The notes beneath the pieces are model-generated. The model made no database searches. It was not told the DNA's origin and saw only the letters and a program-made list of their open reading frames with translations. 64,000 bases of DNA from Fimbriosthenelais zetlandica (taxonomy: Eukaryota), in the NCBI GenBank assembly GCA_977030845.1, contig OZ365116.1, positions 16,244,001 to 16,308,000 of the forward strand, written 5' to 3'. The stretch's first letter is position 1. The number at the start of each line of letters is the position of its first letter. Of the stretch, positions 24,571 to 37,794 are shown in pieces. Both the position numbers and the translations under genes were made by a program.

Positions 24571-27500
24571 GTGACATTCCACTGTCTCTCAGGTCATTTA
24601 AAAATGTACAAAGAATTAATTGGTCGGCATGAAGCAAACACGTATGGCACTATAGGAATGTGCCTGTATAACTATCTATATTTGGGTGGGACCAATTTGG
24701 GTGGAACCATCTATAGTCAGTTGGCTGTCTGTTCCTGAGACTGTCTCTTGAAGAAGCTGCAGTGTGATAGATTTAACTCTAACGACACCAGTTAGACATT
24801 CATGAGGCTATTTCCATGTGGCTGCTTGTACCTGCTACAGGTCTTAAACTTCACTCACTGACATTTTACTATCAGATTTAAATGCTACCTATAGATCCTA
24901 ACATTAAATCAGTGAACATTTCTACCAGGTCAGAATTATATGAATACTAAAACTCACTGCCACGTACTGTATACTATCATGCAAATGTCATAATCCATAT
25001 ATCTAGATTCTATATAAATTCCACATATCACACTCAAATTAAAATATTTCAGTTCCTTAACGTGAAAAGGCTATGCTATCGGAGTATGTCAGGGTCTTTT
25101 TATACGGGCAAAGTAAGATCATTTTGTATTCTGTCACTTAGGCTGAGCTAATTCTTTCATTGAGAATTCTCCTCCCTTCCTTAATGGCTATAAATTTTAA
25201 TGATGTTTAAGAGAGATGGAGAGGGAGGCCGGTGTAGTTATCTCTTAATCCAAGCATCTTCAATGTACTCCTCCACACTTGGCTGCATCTTATTCTAATC
25301 CACTATAGGTTTCTGTACTAAGCTAAGGACCAGTCCTTTCTAATTTAGTTTCTCTCTATCGTTTCTTCTTTGAGTCAAGCTGCGAAATGTACATGGGTTA
25401 AGGATGTTAACCCAAAAAGTATGTACAACTATGCCAAATAGTGGAGGCAGAAAATGACCCTGTCTTGAACAGTGTTTGAACCGTTGGATAACCTTCAGGT
25501 CATAGGGTATTCCTCAATGTGGGTGATGAAATTCTTCATAAAAATGTGCCAAACAGAGAAAAACAAAGAATTGGAGTTATAGGGCGGGAGAAAGGGAGAG
25601 GTGAGGGATAGAGGGGGATAAATTATTGCGTTGGGAGGTAATGGATAACACCGGCAACTTTGACCCTGATCACGTGCTTCCACCACAGTGCCGCCCCCAG
25701 GGTGCTTTCCTTCACACCGCATGATGACAAAATGATCGCTGCTGGACCGTAAACACCTACCAACAATATATTGTGAACCACTAAGCTTCACACATTAATA
25801 ATCACCAATTTAAATAATCTGATACATAAAAAGGTCAGGATGGAACTGTGCAAATCATGGAAATATCAGGTAATGTTGGCAATGGACCAAGGTATGATAT
25901 ATAGATCAAATGCACATTGTTCCCCCAAAATAATTTGAATTTATGACTAAGCTGCAAGGGGTAGTGATGCAAACCTATAGGGATCGAGCGATCTGAAACT
26001 AGAATGGGAACATTTTAGTGATTATATCCCAGGTTCAGTGCAGTATAGACTGATAATGTAGGAGTGACCTGAAGCTCCTATTCCGGAACTGCTCAGGGTT
26101 TGAATGAGCCACCTTCCAATCCTGGGAATCTCCTGAATGACCTGGTGCTCTGACTCACTGAGACAACACCCATCTGTAAATCTGTATATTACCAGCATGT
26201 AAACCATGTCATTCGTGGTTTATCCAAGTAATATATATGTAAATAGAACCGCAGGTCAACAGCCAGTCATATTCATTTGTTTTCAAGATGGTGGATCATA
26301 TATGCACCCAGAGGCCCAGTGGAAAACAGTCGAGGAACCATCAGCTGAGGCACTTTATATATTGGGGGCAAGTGAGGTCAATAAATTGGAAATTGCTTAA
26401 TTTTACTCGAGAAACATCAAATCAACAACAACAGCAATCATTTGTAATGACAAGTACAGGCAATATAAGATCTGTAGCAGAATTAGGTACTTCCGGTTAT
26501 GTAGCTGTATGGTATGATTTAAAATGATTGAGTCACATTTAGCTCGTGATGCTCATATATCGGCCACTGACGCCTTCAGTGTCACACAGGGCCCCCTGTC
26601 AGCCAATGTGTAGGTGACAAACATGACACATGTATACAGCCATCACCATGACCTTTACACTCAGGTGAAGATTATACACTCTGACCTTTAGACCAAGGTG
26701 AAGGTCATATTATGAAGGCTAGAATTACTCAGTGGTGGGATGCTGGAGTGGACAAGCTTATATAATATATAATGGGAGCAAAAAAGGGTAATATTACAGG
26801 TTTACATTTTACTTCTCGTTCTTAAATTCCAGTCCAAAATCATAAAGAAATGTCAAGTTCGTGAGGAAGACATTGTGAAAACTCTGAAAAGGACAGACTA
26901 AGAACCTTCCGTCTTTTATCCAGCACAATGAACTGAGCATGTTCAAGAGGTAGCCATTTTCCACCTAGACAACACACCATCAGTTTCTCATAGGTGAACA
27001 TTTTCTGTGACACTCCATTTACCTTCCGTTGAATGAGCGGAAGGAAGGCATATTTTGCCTTTTTTATTTTGCTGCCATCCACCGACCTTTAGAGGTCGTA
27101 AAGGAGATGCAGGTGGCTCCCCTGGGTGCTGGTTTATGACATTGTAGGTCAGCTATTTTCCAATACGTCACAAGGTGTTGTGACTAGCAAGTCATCGACG
27201 GAAGTCCAATTAGTACATGACCATCATTTTATCCAAAATAAGCCAGGGTATTATCCTTGTCCTCAGTTAAGGCAGTCAGTGTGATGGTCTTAAACTCTGA
27301 ATTATGGACCTGGCATTAATTGGTTATAAAAGCTTGTGATGATGCTAGATGGGCGAGAACGAGGCTTGGTTGGTAGCCAAGACACTGATTATTGCTGCCT
27401 CTGGATTAGGCATTGCAACTGAAAGCACCAAAAGGAATTATGGTAATCTGGGATTCAGGATTACGCAACTGGAAAGAAAGATCAGAGGTTTTGAGCAAAC

Positions 27501-28639
27501 ACATTTAATATGCTGTCTATATAACTGTGAATTGGGAAGGCATAAGATGGCAATATGCCGGGTATAACTCTAGATTCCAGTGTAGAGGAAGTACATAATG
27601 CCATCTGGTAGCCATGTTTTGAGTTAGCCTGCCCCGCCCCTAATGTCTCCTGCACTGTAATGTGCAGCCACAACGGGCAAGGATAACAATCGGTACCAGC
27701 CGTATCTGTTTGTCCTTCCTTCCTTCCTCCTTCCTTCTCTAGCCTCAGTCCCCCAGGCTTCTACCAAACTCTGCCAACCTCAGCCCCCATCTAACTCCCA
27801 CTTAGCCCTATATAACAAGGTGGAAGAACGCCATGCACGGTGTAATACCAATGAACTATACAGTGACCAGGGTGAGCTTCTTAATTCATTCCACGAGTGA
27901 CAATAGACATGAATGGAATACAAATTATAACCAAACTCAAATGTAGACTATTATTGAGCACTCCTAATCCATTATGAATTCTGTCATATGTTATCTAATG
28001 AGTTTGTGTCAACATCCACAGCATCGGTTAGCATTTGCGAAACATATAAAGTATAAATCAAATAGAAACTTTGGAGGACAGTAAACTGAAAAACGTGACA
28101 TTAAATGAATTTGACTGAAGTTGTTTTGTCCATGCTCGTACCCCCTATAGACGCCCACCGTATTGGTTTGATACTGTAGGCTTGTTTTGTTCTCACGTGG
28201 TCACGCAAGATAAAAGTCATGTGGTCTGTCTCCTGGGAGTCACGTGATGTGATGGCATCTTTTACACATTGTTACTGCCCCAGGGACAGTGTCTGGGGTA
28301 GTGGGGTATAAGAAGAGGGGGAGGGGACAGCTAAAGAACATTGGAAGGGGTGAAGGGAAGGCAATGTTCATAGAATTGAATAAGATGCAATTGTGTGTCT
28401 GTATATCTTTTTTTCATACTAAAATACTGGTGCTTCTGTGACACTTTGGTGTAAGTGATACATCATACAATATAGGCTGAGGTGGGAGGTAGTAAAAAGA
28501 CACCTGCTTCAGACAGATCGGGTTATGACCTGCTGATCATCGTATCATAAGAAGGGCCTGAATAGGCTGGTGCTCTAGTACTGCGCTTGCTAACATGAAT
28601 AAATCCTCTCTACGCAATTGTTTTAATTCGACATTGCGA

Positions 28640-28990
28640 ACAGGAAGCAATCCAGATATTCCCATTACAATCCCATGATATTTAGGTCGCTGTCTCTACA
28701 ATTACAACCCCCATTTGGCAATTATCAAAATCCAATCTTCGTGTTGCAATGAGACGTCAAAAATACTGCGACTAGAATTCGGTCTACCAGCGCTCCCTTT
28801 CACACCAATGTGAAGCCACAGAGCAGGTGATGGCACGTTAATACGCCATTCACCAGCCACCACCATCACGCCTGTAGAGCTAATACTATTTGGATTAGTT
28901 TAAATGCTTCCAACTCTGATTCTAACACATTAGGAGTTCCAAATCCAGCCATTCACAGCGGGATGGGTTCGGCTCTAAGCTATGCCTCGA
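28640..28990 (-). mobile_element. Decayed LINE apurinic-type endonuclease fragment
   Basis: Remnants CEWLD, Y*LYRRDGGGW*MAY*R (cf. GY.LYRRDR..GGGV..YVR), GSAGRPNSS (cf. G.IYRPPNS) and SDLNI (cf. GDLNI) in the correct order across frameshifts. Confidence 0.38.
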
Positions 28991-31900
28991 CAGAACATGT
29001 TCTGGTATTGGTGAAATTAAAAGGGACTCCATTGGGGAATTGACTGACATCCAAAAAGCATTTTGATGAAGAGAAGGCAGCATAGTAGAGCCCCTGTTGA
29101 AGATCTTCGCTAAGTCGGTGAGCCATTATGTACCTAAACATGGCTCTTTAAAAATGTTGAACAAAGCGCTGTTTTGATAATGTCCTTCCAAGCTCCAGTA
29201 TAGGTATCTTTATAATCATGTGATTTTATCACTAAGAGTTTATCCATGTCTGTCCATGTCCTTGTCTGTTATCAGGCATACCTAGTCAACTCTCATGATC
29301 ATATCAGCTGTTATAAGTAGGTAGCCATCTACCAGAGCTTTTTACCAGTCTGTATCAGTCATTCACTCCCCCCATACCCACCCACACTACCCCACACTCA
29401 CACACCATGCACACAGAGGCCCCTCATTGATAACAACTTACTGTGACAGCTCTGATACACCAGGTCTTATCCCCTAAATCTCTTCTGCTTTTTACCAGTT
29501 AAAACGCTGGTTCAGCCAGCCGGAAGGACATGTCGGAACCCGCTAATCAGCGACAAGGAGACACGTCCATCCTATACAGTGGTGGGCATGTTTGGCGAGT
29601 GGGGAGGATAAAGAGGAGAGGGAGAGGGCTCGGTGATGGAGGATGTTGATTTGGCAGGCCTGGAGAATAGGGGGGAAGGACTGGGAAGACCAGAAATATG
29701 TCCGATGAGGTTTTTACTTCAGAACTGAAGATTCCATTGCTGCTTCGAAACAGGCATTGTTTTAACTTGCAGCCATAGTCATAGTGTAAATTGGATTAGA
29801 TGGAGTGTACGTGTTTGGCCGTTTCAATGCTACATTTGGTTGATTGCATGATATGTTTTATTTTATGGTAGCTACTATAATCAGCTGTGAATATTTTAAC
29901 AACTGAGAACAATTGGAACAACAGAGCTGTCCTTGACCCGGAAGTTCATTCTGGTGATAAACTGAGGTCTTCCAGCCTGCCATTTCAAATGCGTATACAT
30001 CCGCTAATGAAAGTAGTTCGCTCTGGCTCTAGTGTAACAGGTGGATTACTACGCCTTATTAGAGATGTGAAGGGCATACAATGGGGTATAATAAATACTG
30101 CTTCACCTTCTCACAGACATAGAGGCTTGACTTGAACAGAATTAGACACCCAACAGAATGAGCGACGTTCAAGGAGGTTTTTTCTTGCACAACACTTGAG
30201 ACGGCTTTCCAAGTACGATTTCGTTGTGATATTTGGCAGGAGTTCCTTACAGTCCTAAATTAAAACTGTCTGGGAGAGTTCAGGGTGAGAACCACTGATG
30301 ATGGGAACATGACGAATCCGGTGAATGTAAGCCCCTACCAATTCACTGCTTCGTAATTTTCCCATCAATTTAGGGGTAAAAGTGCATCAATGGGAAGTAA
30401 GAGGTAAAGAGAGAAGCCTACTCATCAACACAGATCAATCAACCGTCTGATCACATGACCAGAGTACCAGATCACGTGATCTCCAGACAGATCCTGACAG
30501 GTTGATACCAAGCAAATGAATGTTTTTAGGAGATCACAAGCAATTTGGATTCACCTTTCCTACATTTCTAAGTAAGAATGTATTTTCATCGTAGACGTAT
30601 CTATTTTCTTCCCACATTCGCCAACCAATAGTTCTGTGATCAATGTTGCCTTTCTTGTGTAAATCTCTGAATGATTCCCTCATTCACGCCACCGCTACCC
30701 CCTACATGGCGTGCCTTGTGAGATGGTACCTCAATCCATCAATACAGTAGGTTAGGGGAGGTCTATCCCGCCCTGTCATCAATAGCAATGATTGGTCGTA
30801 TTGATGGCAGGTACATACACTGATACTCTCATAAATACACAGCAAGTACCCTACATCTCCTCTCATCCCCCTCCTCTACTCCTCTTCTCCCTCTCTATCT
30901 TTTCCTCTAAACCCCTGCTCATTCCCCCACTCACCCATCTCATCCTGCCTCAATCCACGACCTGCTCCTCACTGGAGCAGCTCGGGTCGCGGGTGTCAAG
31001 CTCCCAGCCCACTACTTGATCCACATCCTTGTATTGGGTGATAACACATCTTCAAAGTCTCACAGATGTATGGGTGGGGATGGTAGGTGGATTTTGTGGG
31101 TAGGGAGGGGGTGGGGAGCGAAATAAAAATATGTTCATTAAAACCTCTACACAATCTGTAAACTTCCATGAATTAAATTTTAAAGTATTTAAGTATTGTT
31201 TGCAGAGGAAGGTTCCTAAATTTTGGAGGCAAATAATATACGTTGTATTATTTTGTAGAGCTTGCAGATTGCAACTAAATTCTGATATTGACACAGTTTC
31301 AGCTGAGTCAATATTTGCTAACCTTGGCTCACATTTTAATTTATATTTAAAACAATTAAATCAATACTTAAAACATGGCTAAATCCCCTGATTCAACAAA
31401 CGCCAATAACTCAGCCACCTGTGTCTGTTCCGAAATCATAACAAGATTAAAGTTATAATTATAGGATGGAAACGCTGTCGACATTTTTGTACTCATTCAA
31501 GACAGGTTTATGAGGAAGACCATGATCAAGCAATGCATGTGAAAGGGAAGGAAACATTAGCTGAGGGTGAGAGATGGAATAGGATGTTTTATACCGTACG
31601 GAGTGCCTTCCATGCTTCGTACTAAGCACCGAACAGCAGAAGCTAAGAGGGTGGGAACAGATAATAAGAGTGGCCCCGGGACTCAAGTAGGTATGTTTTT
31701 AAGCCACTAACATTACATGGCAATTTTTTATGAGGAATATTCCATATGTACATCTGTAGCGTTTCCGCTATGACACGTCAACTGTGGATTTTTCCCGGAA
31801 GTGAGTGAACGATCTAGAAAAAGGACGGCGGGTGGGACTGGGAGTGGGTGAGGCAGGGAAGGGGATCTTAATTTTCGGATATTCGCGAAAAAAAAATACA

Positions 31901-33887
31901 TTCCTTTGATGGACAAACATTATTCATTCCACACAGCTAAATACTTGCTATTATACACGCTTTTGACTGTTACTTTATGTCCGAATTATTTTCATAAGGG
32001 CAGAAGTAACACAAATAACTGGCAGACACAAAAGTATAGTTCCAATTCATTATAACAATATATCCGTGTCAGTATAATTACCTGGGCTCGACTTAATTGT
32101 CCTATCAGCACAATCAGCAGAATATCGGCGAGAAGAACACGTAATCCCTACATGAACGCAATCCTTACAACACTGTGAATTTATACTATTCCACTATAAA
32201 ACGACCACAATCGGTATCCCAATTAAACTCCTTTGGCTTTTCAAGGCTAATTGCAAAGCTCATGGAAAATCCAACTGGTGGATCTAATAATCCCTTGTTT
32301 CAACACCACTTCTTTTTCAGCTATGAACTTCTACCTCACGAAGGCCCGTATCCAACAAAACGAATTGCCTGAATCCCCTTCATGTATTTCTTCATGAAAT
32401 TCTTACGTAACAGCCCTTCTTTGTTTCAAAATTTGGTTAGTTTTAAGTATTTGTATCAGCTCCTTTCAGCGAGTCAGTCCCTGTCCTCCTGAGTTGGACG
32501 TGGGGAGTGTAGGAGTGACTCTACCTGTCCTGCCTTCTGCCTGGCAGTTGTATGTCTCTCTAACTTTTGCTCCTCCTCTTTCTGGCACATACACCAACTT
32601 CCCAGCTGTCATTGGTTTTGAGCATCTAAAAAGCACACATAACAGGATGTATGGATATCTGCTGATTCTCTTCTCTCAATAAGCTCCACTCCCTCCTCCC
32701 AATCACTTTATCCCCACTCAACCTATCCTTTTATTTTTACTTCTCTGTATCTCTCCTCCATGTTCTGCCCTTTCTCGTCCCATCCTTACACTCTTTTCCT
32801 GTCTTGTCTCTCATTCCCTTCCCATGTATCTGTCCTGTCTTTCCCACCTCAGCCCCCTCCCCTGTAGCTTTCTTCCCTATCTCGTTTTCGCTTTACAGGT
32901 CCAATATGAAGTGAGGAATCTTCTTGTCGCCTGACACAAAATCTGCCTAGTGGGCTTAGAGCTGAAGGCAATCACTCAGGGCTTTCTAGAGGAACACATT
33001 AAGCAATCCTTTTATTTTCTTAACGAGAAACAAAGTGATGGACTTAGAAGCCGAGAAACTGCGTGTGTGCCTCTCACAATTAGAAACTTTCCCACGGTGA
33101 CTTCTCAACTACCTAGATTCCACTCTCGTGGAAAGTTTAAAAAGTCTCACAAATGTTTCTATCATAATATGTCATCCAAACCGGGACGCTGTGATTATGA
33201 ACTAAACAAGACCATCATACATATACAATTTCTTCACATATGAATATGTATTCCATGAATTTAACCTGCCAAATCTCATGGGAGACTAATGTATAATTTG
33301 TGATGAGGAGCATATGGACTGGATGGTTAGCATGCAATACAGGTGATTGGTGAGGTAAGGGAACAGAAATATTTTCTGGAATACAAATGAGTACTTTGAG
33401 GTGAAAATCATTTGCATTTAGCTCTGCTAAGTGTTGATGAAATTCCAACACCCTCCCCTCTTAGCTCTTCCACCCTCCTCCCCGGGCTGTCTCGTCGCCA
33501 GCCTTTATTCCCCTCATGGTTTTGTTCTGAATGCTGATTGGTTGTTTGCTGGCTGTAATGCCTGATGGGAAGGCAGATGGATTCTGTGTTGTACGCATGC
33601 ATACAATAGCTGGCTTTTGGTGTCAGAAAATCTCAAAATCAAGGAATGGAATTATTCATACTATTAGCCAACTACAAAAGTGGCATGTACAACTTTCATA
33701 GAACTTTGACACATGTGTTTATCTAATAAACACCCCTTTTATGCAAGATGTCAATTCTAATAAAATAGTGAATTTATATAAACGCATATGTTCAAATGAG
33801 TTATATATTTCATATGTGAAAAGCTGGATGAAGGGAATTGGGCCTTGGTGGAATGATAGTGGTAGAGGTATATATCTGTATGAGACG

Positions 33888-33901
33888 GTTTCCATGGTGA
33901 C
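33888..33901. promoter_or_regulatory. RFX X-box motif
   Basis: GTTTCCATGGTGAC. Confidence 0.45.
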
Positions 33902-34244
33902 GCCTCCATGGCTTGTTGGCATGGTGAGCCTTCAGGGATGGACAAGTATTACCATCTGGGACGCTAAGAGCGTCCTAAAGACATGATGCCAAGACCAACA
34001 GTGGTGGAGGGGGAGAGAGGTGGGGAGGAGAGGGAGGTGGGGAAGGAAGTGAAGGGGGAGAGGTAAGCCGGAACTGGATGTAACATGGAGAAGGTGAAGG
34101 CGACGTAGAAGGCGGGAATGTAAGGTAAGAAGAACAACGAAGTTAAGGAAGAGAAGAAGGCAAATTTAAGAAGAAGAGGAACAACAAAAAGAAGATACTG
34201 ATACAGGTATCTTAATTCATATCATACTTAAAGTATTGACGTGT

Positions 34245-34338
34245 CCGTCCAGCTTGGGGCAGGGCAGGAATCGAACCACTGACCTTCAGAATTAAGAAAC
34301 TCAAAGGCTATTGGTAAACTGTCACTCATTCATCTGAG
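34245..34338 (-). mobile_element. tRNA-derived SINE-like head
   Basis: Minus strand CTCAGATGAATGAG...CTGAAGGTCAGTGGTTCGATTCCTG with a perfect B box (34277-34267). Resembles the 24487 copy. Confidence 0.55.
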
Positions 34339-36095
34339 GTATGGGAGAAAGAATGGCTTAGAATTTGATGGACGATTCAAAATCGGATAACATGATTAGA
34401 AGCTTCGCGTAATCATTATCATTACACATAAAAATAGCTGAGAGCCGACACCAGCCAGGGTGAATATGGCCCACCTATTGGTGGACACTTGATTATTTGA
34501 GGTTGAATGGTATTGTTTGGTGCGTATGGGAGGTCGATAATTCATTATCTGAGCGTGTTCTGAGCTGCTCAAGAAGACAATGAGCAAATAAAGCAGCTAT
34601 TATAGAGCAAGATATTACATGTCACACCTCACACCTGGCGGTCTATTATAGGAGGCCTCACTACATCTAGGTCCTATACGGGCGTTACTATACTCTATGC
34701 TTTTCTGAGAAGAATATTTAGCTCTCTTATTTTGAGCTTTCCACTTATTTCAATTTACTGGTTATGATATCAGGTTTCACCTAAAAAAAATATATGGGAC
34801 AGGAAGATGATATGAGGGAACAGAAAGTGAGATGGGATAAATACGGGAAATATGGGAGAGGAAAAATTCAAGGTTGCATTTTAAAGCAGGTTATAATGCA
34901 GTTATATTCATTTTTCCTGACATGTTTGAGGATCAAATTGCAATGACTATACCTAAATACATATAAACAGAAATAGTTTTATATACAGGTCAATATGTTG
35001 CTAGAAATACTGGACCGATATTCGATACAAATGCTTCTGACTTTTAGGAAGTCTCTCTATATCTTTCCATGCGGATGAATTTCCCCATACGGCAATAATT
35101 GAAACAAAGAAAGTACAATCAGAAGTGAAATGGAATCCCAGAAAATTAATATCAGCTCTAAGACTTCTTATGACTGAATTATTTGTACTATAATTAATCA
35201 ATTTGTAAAAGGCCAATCAAATGTCCAATAAACAGAGCATCTTTTTTGTTTTTCAGCTTTGCATCCAAGCCAGGACTCTTGTCAAAACTTTCAGATAACC
35301 ATAGGCAAAAATTCTGATAAATGAACAAAGCAGATAAAATCAAACTCATGAACTCTGGCAAGCAAACTATTACATCTATCTTCCTTTCCCTCCACTACCT
35401 CTTTCGTGCCATCCCTGCTCTCTCATTTCTCTATCTTGGAGTTCTATCCTCAGGCCAGGCAAAGAGACCAATGGGCCTCAACATTTTTCTTCCCTGCCTT
35501 GACTTCCCTAATTTGTCCTCTTTACTTTGAAAATAAATATTTACAATTTTTCACTGAGAAAAACGGCCAGTCTGAGGGACGCCTGTAAGGGGATATTGAC
35601 CCAAAAGCCTCTCTTCGACCATTATTCTCTAGGCGTTTGACACTTTGCCACTAATTCAACTCAAGTACTCGCTTTTATCGAGTAAAAACCCATTTTATTC
35701 AACGTTTCTGAGAAAAAACGGCTGGATTTCAATTAATCCTAATGAGGACCATAATTCTGATGTGAGACAGGAAGGAATTAGAAAAGATCAGAGAAAAAGG
35801 TGCAGGGATTTCAATTTGCGGTGTTATGGTTGCGAATATGACCACTACGTTCATCTTTTACGTCCTACCTTTATTGAAACCAGACCCATTCAACAATGCT
35901 GCATCATTATCATTCTTCCTAAATCAAATTCAGGAAATCCTGTCCGCTATTTTTGTTTGTCTTTGAAACGAAGAAAGCTGGTTGCTTTTGATTCATGAAT
36001 GCAAACATTGACTACGTTGAATGCAAACACGCATGCCCCTGCACCACTTTACTTAATCTAAATTTTCCTCATTGAATTATTTATATTTAGCAACC

Positions 36096-36170
36096 TGCGC
36101 AGTGGGGCTCAGCCGGTGAGGTGTTGGAAGCATACATGTGGGGTTCATCGTTCAATTCCCAAGGCAACCT
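36096..36170 (+). mobile_element. Degenerate tRNA-derived SINE-like head
   Basis: A-box-like GGGGCTCAGCCGGTGAG and B-box-like GTTCAATTCCC (36150-36160) at normal tRNA spacing. Confidence 0.4.
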
Positions 36171-36811
36171 CCAAATTTGCAATTTTTCTGTTCCCCTCAT
36201 TGTCGCTAAATGAGTTACACAAGGCTAGCCATTGTCTATATGGTAAATGATACACTGATGTTATGAAAAACAACAGAGTGTTGCGCTGACAACATGTATT
36301 CGCAGCGTTAAACGCCAACAAAACCACCAGCCCACCTTTAAGAAACCATTGGAGGATCTATAGACTTAAGTGGATGGTCACCCTCATTAATTCTGGCTGA
36401 ATTTTAGAGCAGAATATTTTTTTGTTTACGGGATAATGGATGTTGGATCACAGGCACATGGCCGTTACGTTTTTGTTGGTGGTATTTGAGATAGAGGATA
36501 ATAGATCCCTGTTTGGGCTTAGGTCAGGCCATCATTTATCATGATTGAGTCCCAATTCTCACCTTTCCTGACCTGTGTCAATTTAAATGCCTAATTTATT
36601 GCATTATTTATCAAGCTTAATTACTAGGTTCTGAATTCCTTAGAACGGGTCCAAAATTGAACTAAATGATAACATATATATTGACTTGAAAATAAAGCTA
36701 TAGCACATATAAATAATAAAACATCAATAGTATTTATTCAACCCTTCGTGAGGAAAATCTATGATACACATGAAAGGAAAATGTTCACAGGTTGGAGTTG
36801 CATGCCACCTT

Positions 36812-37038
36812 CCGGAAGTGGAACAGGAAGTAGAAGCAGAGGATTATGGGGGAGAGTCAGGTTGCTAAGTAGCCCAGTACCCTTCCCATAATGCCATATT
36901 GTGGCCACGTGACACACACCTACCCCTTTCTACCACTCAAGGCGGCTGTGGAGTGTGAGTGGGTAGAGGTGTTAGAGAGAAGGAAAGGCAAGTCTGCCAG
37001 ACCCATGCCACAAGCTCTGGTGAAAACAAACATGGCGG
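36812..37038. promoter_or_regulatory. ETS / E-box / YY1 motif cluster
   Basis: CCGGAAGTG (36812), ACAGGAAGT (36823), CCACGTGAC (36905), AAACATGGCGG (37028). Confidence 0.35.
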
Positions 37039-37780
37039 ACTACACCACACCGGTCCAGTTCTAGTTAGTGGCACAAAACAGGTTAAGCCACGAGATTTGG
37101 CTTTTAAAGTAGCTAGATGCAATAGATGCTAGGCTTTCTTGATCTGAGAGTCTCCTTGAAGAAGAAGAAAAAGTATTTTTCCTTGGAAGGACTGTAATCT
37201 CTGAGGAATTTGGCACAACAAATGAGTGGTTGTTTCAATAGTTGGCGAGTAAGCCATTGTAAAGCCTGGCTTAGTTCTGGATCAAACTCCTCTTCTCCAG
37301 CCCCTCATGGCTGATCTTTATTTAACAAGGTTTTTCCAAGCCACACTGTGCCAGTGGGGCTTAATACGGACAGCGCAGGAATCTATGGCCCTTGGACAGT
37401 AATGGGGGATGGGGTATATGCTTCCAAGACATGCAGTAGCTTCTATGTACGCGGTTTTCTCGCACTTTTTTGACATCCCTTTGTTTCTGAAATCAACCTC
37501 TTTCCTAAGAAACAAGTAATCCTTAATTTGGGCTTCAAAACATCTGACGAGATACATCTCCTTTAAAAAACTTGAAAATGTGAACTGCATATTTTGGATA
37601 AGGTCATATATACTTTAAATGGAAAAAGGGAGAAACAGGTTTTATGTGGCCAAACTTGTAGCCCCATGTTCGAGGTGATAATTCACCTAATGAAACTAAT
37701 TAATGGTAATTGAATTACGCAAAAACACCAACATAAAACTGTGGAGCGGTTCGTATTTAAAAACACTAATGACAATCGGG

Positions 37781-37794
37781 GTTGTTATGGTAAC
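37781..37794. promoter_or_regulatory. RFX X-box motif
   Basis: GTTGTTATGGTAAC. Confidence 0.4.

Noticed and set aside
32690-32935. Plus-strand acceptor after a long pyrimidine tract
   Set aside because: The tract is low-complexity sequence, and no credible exon or donor follows.
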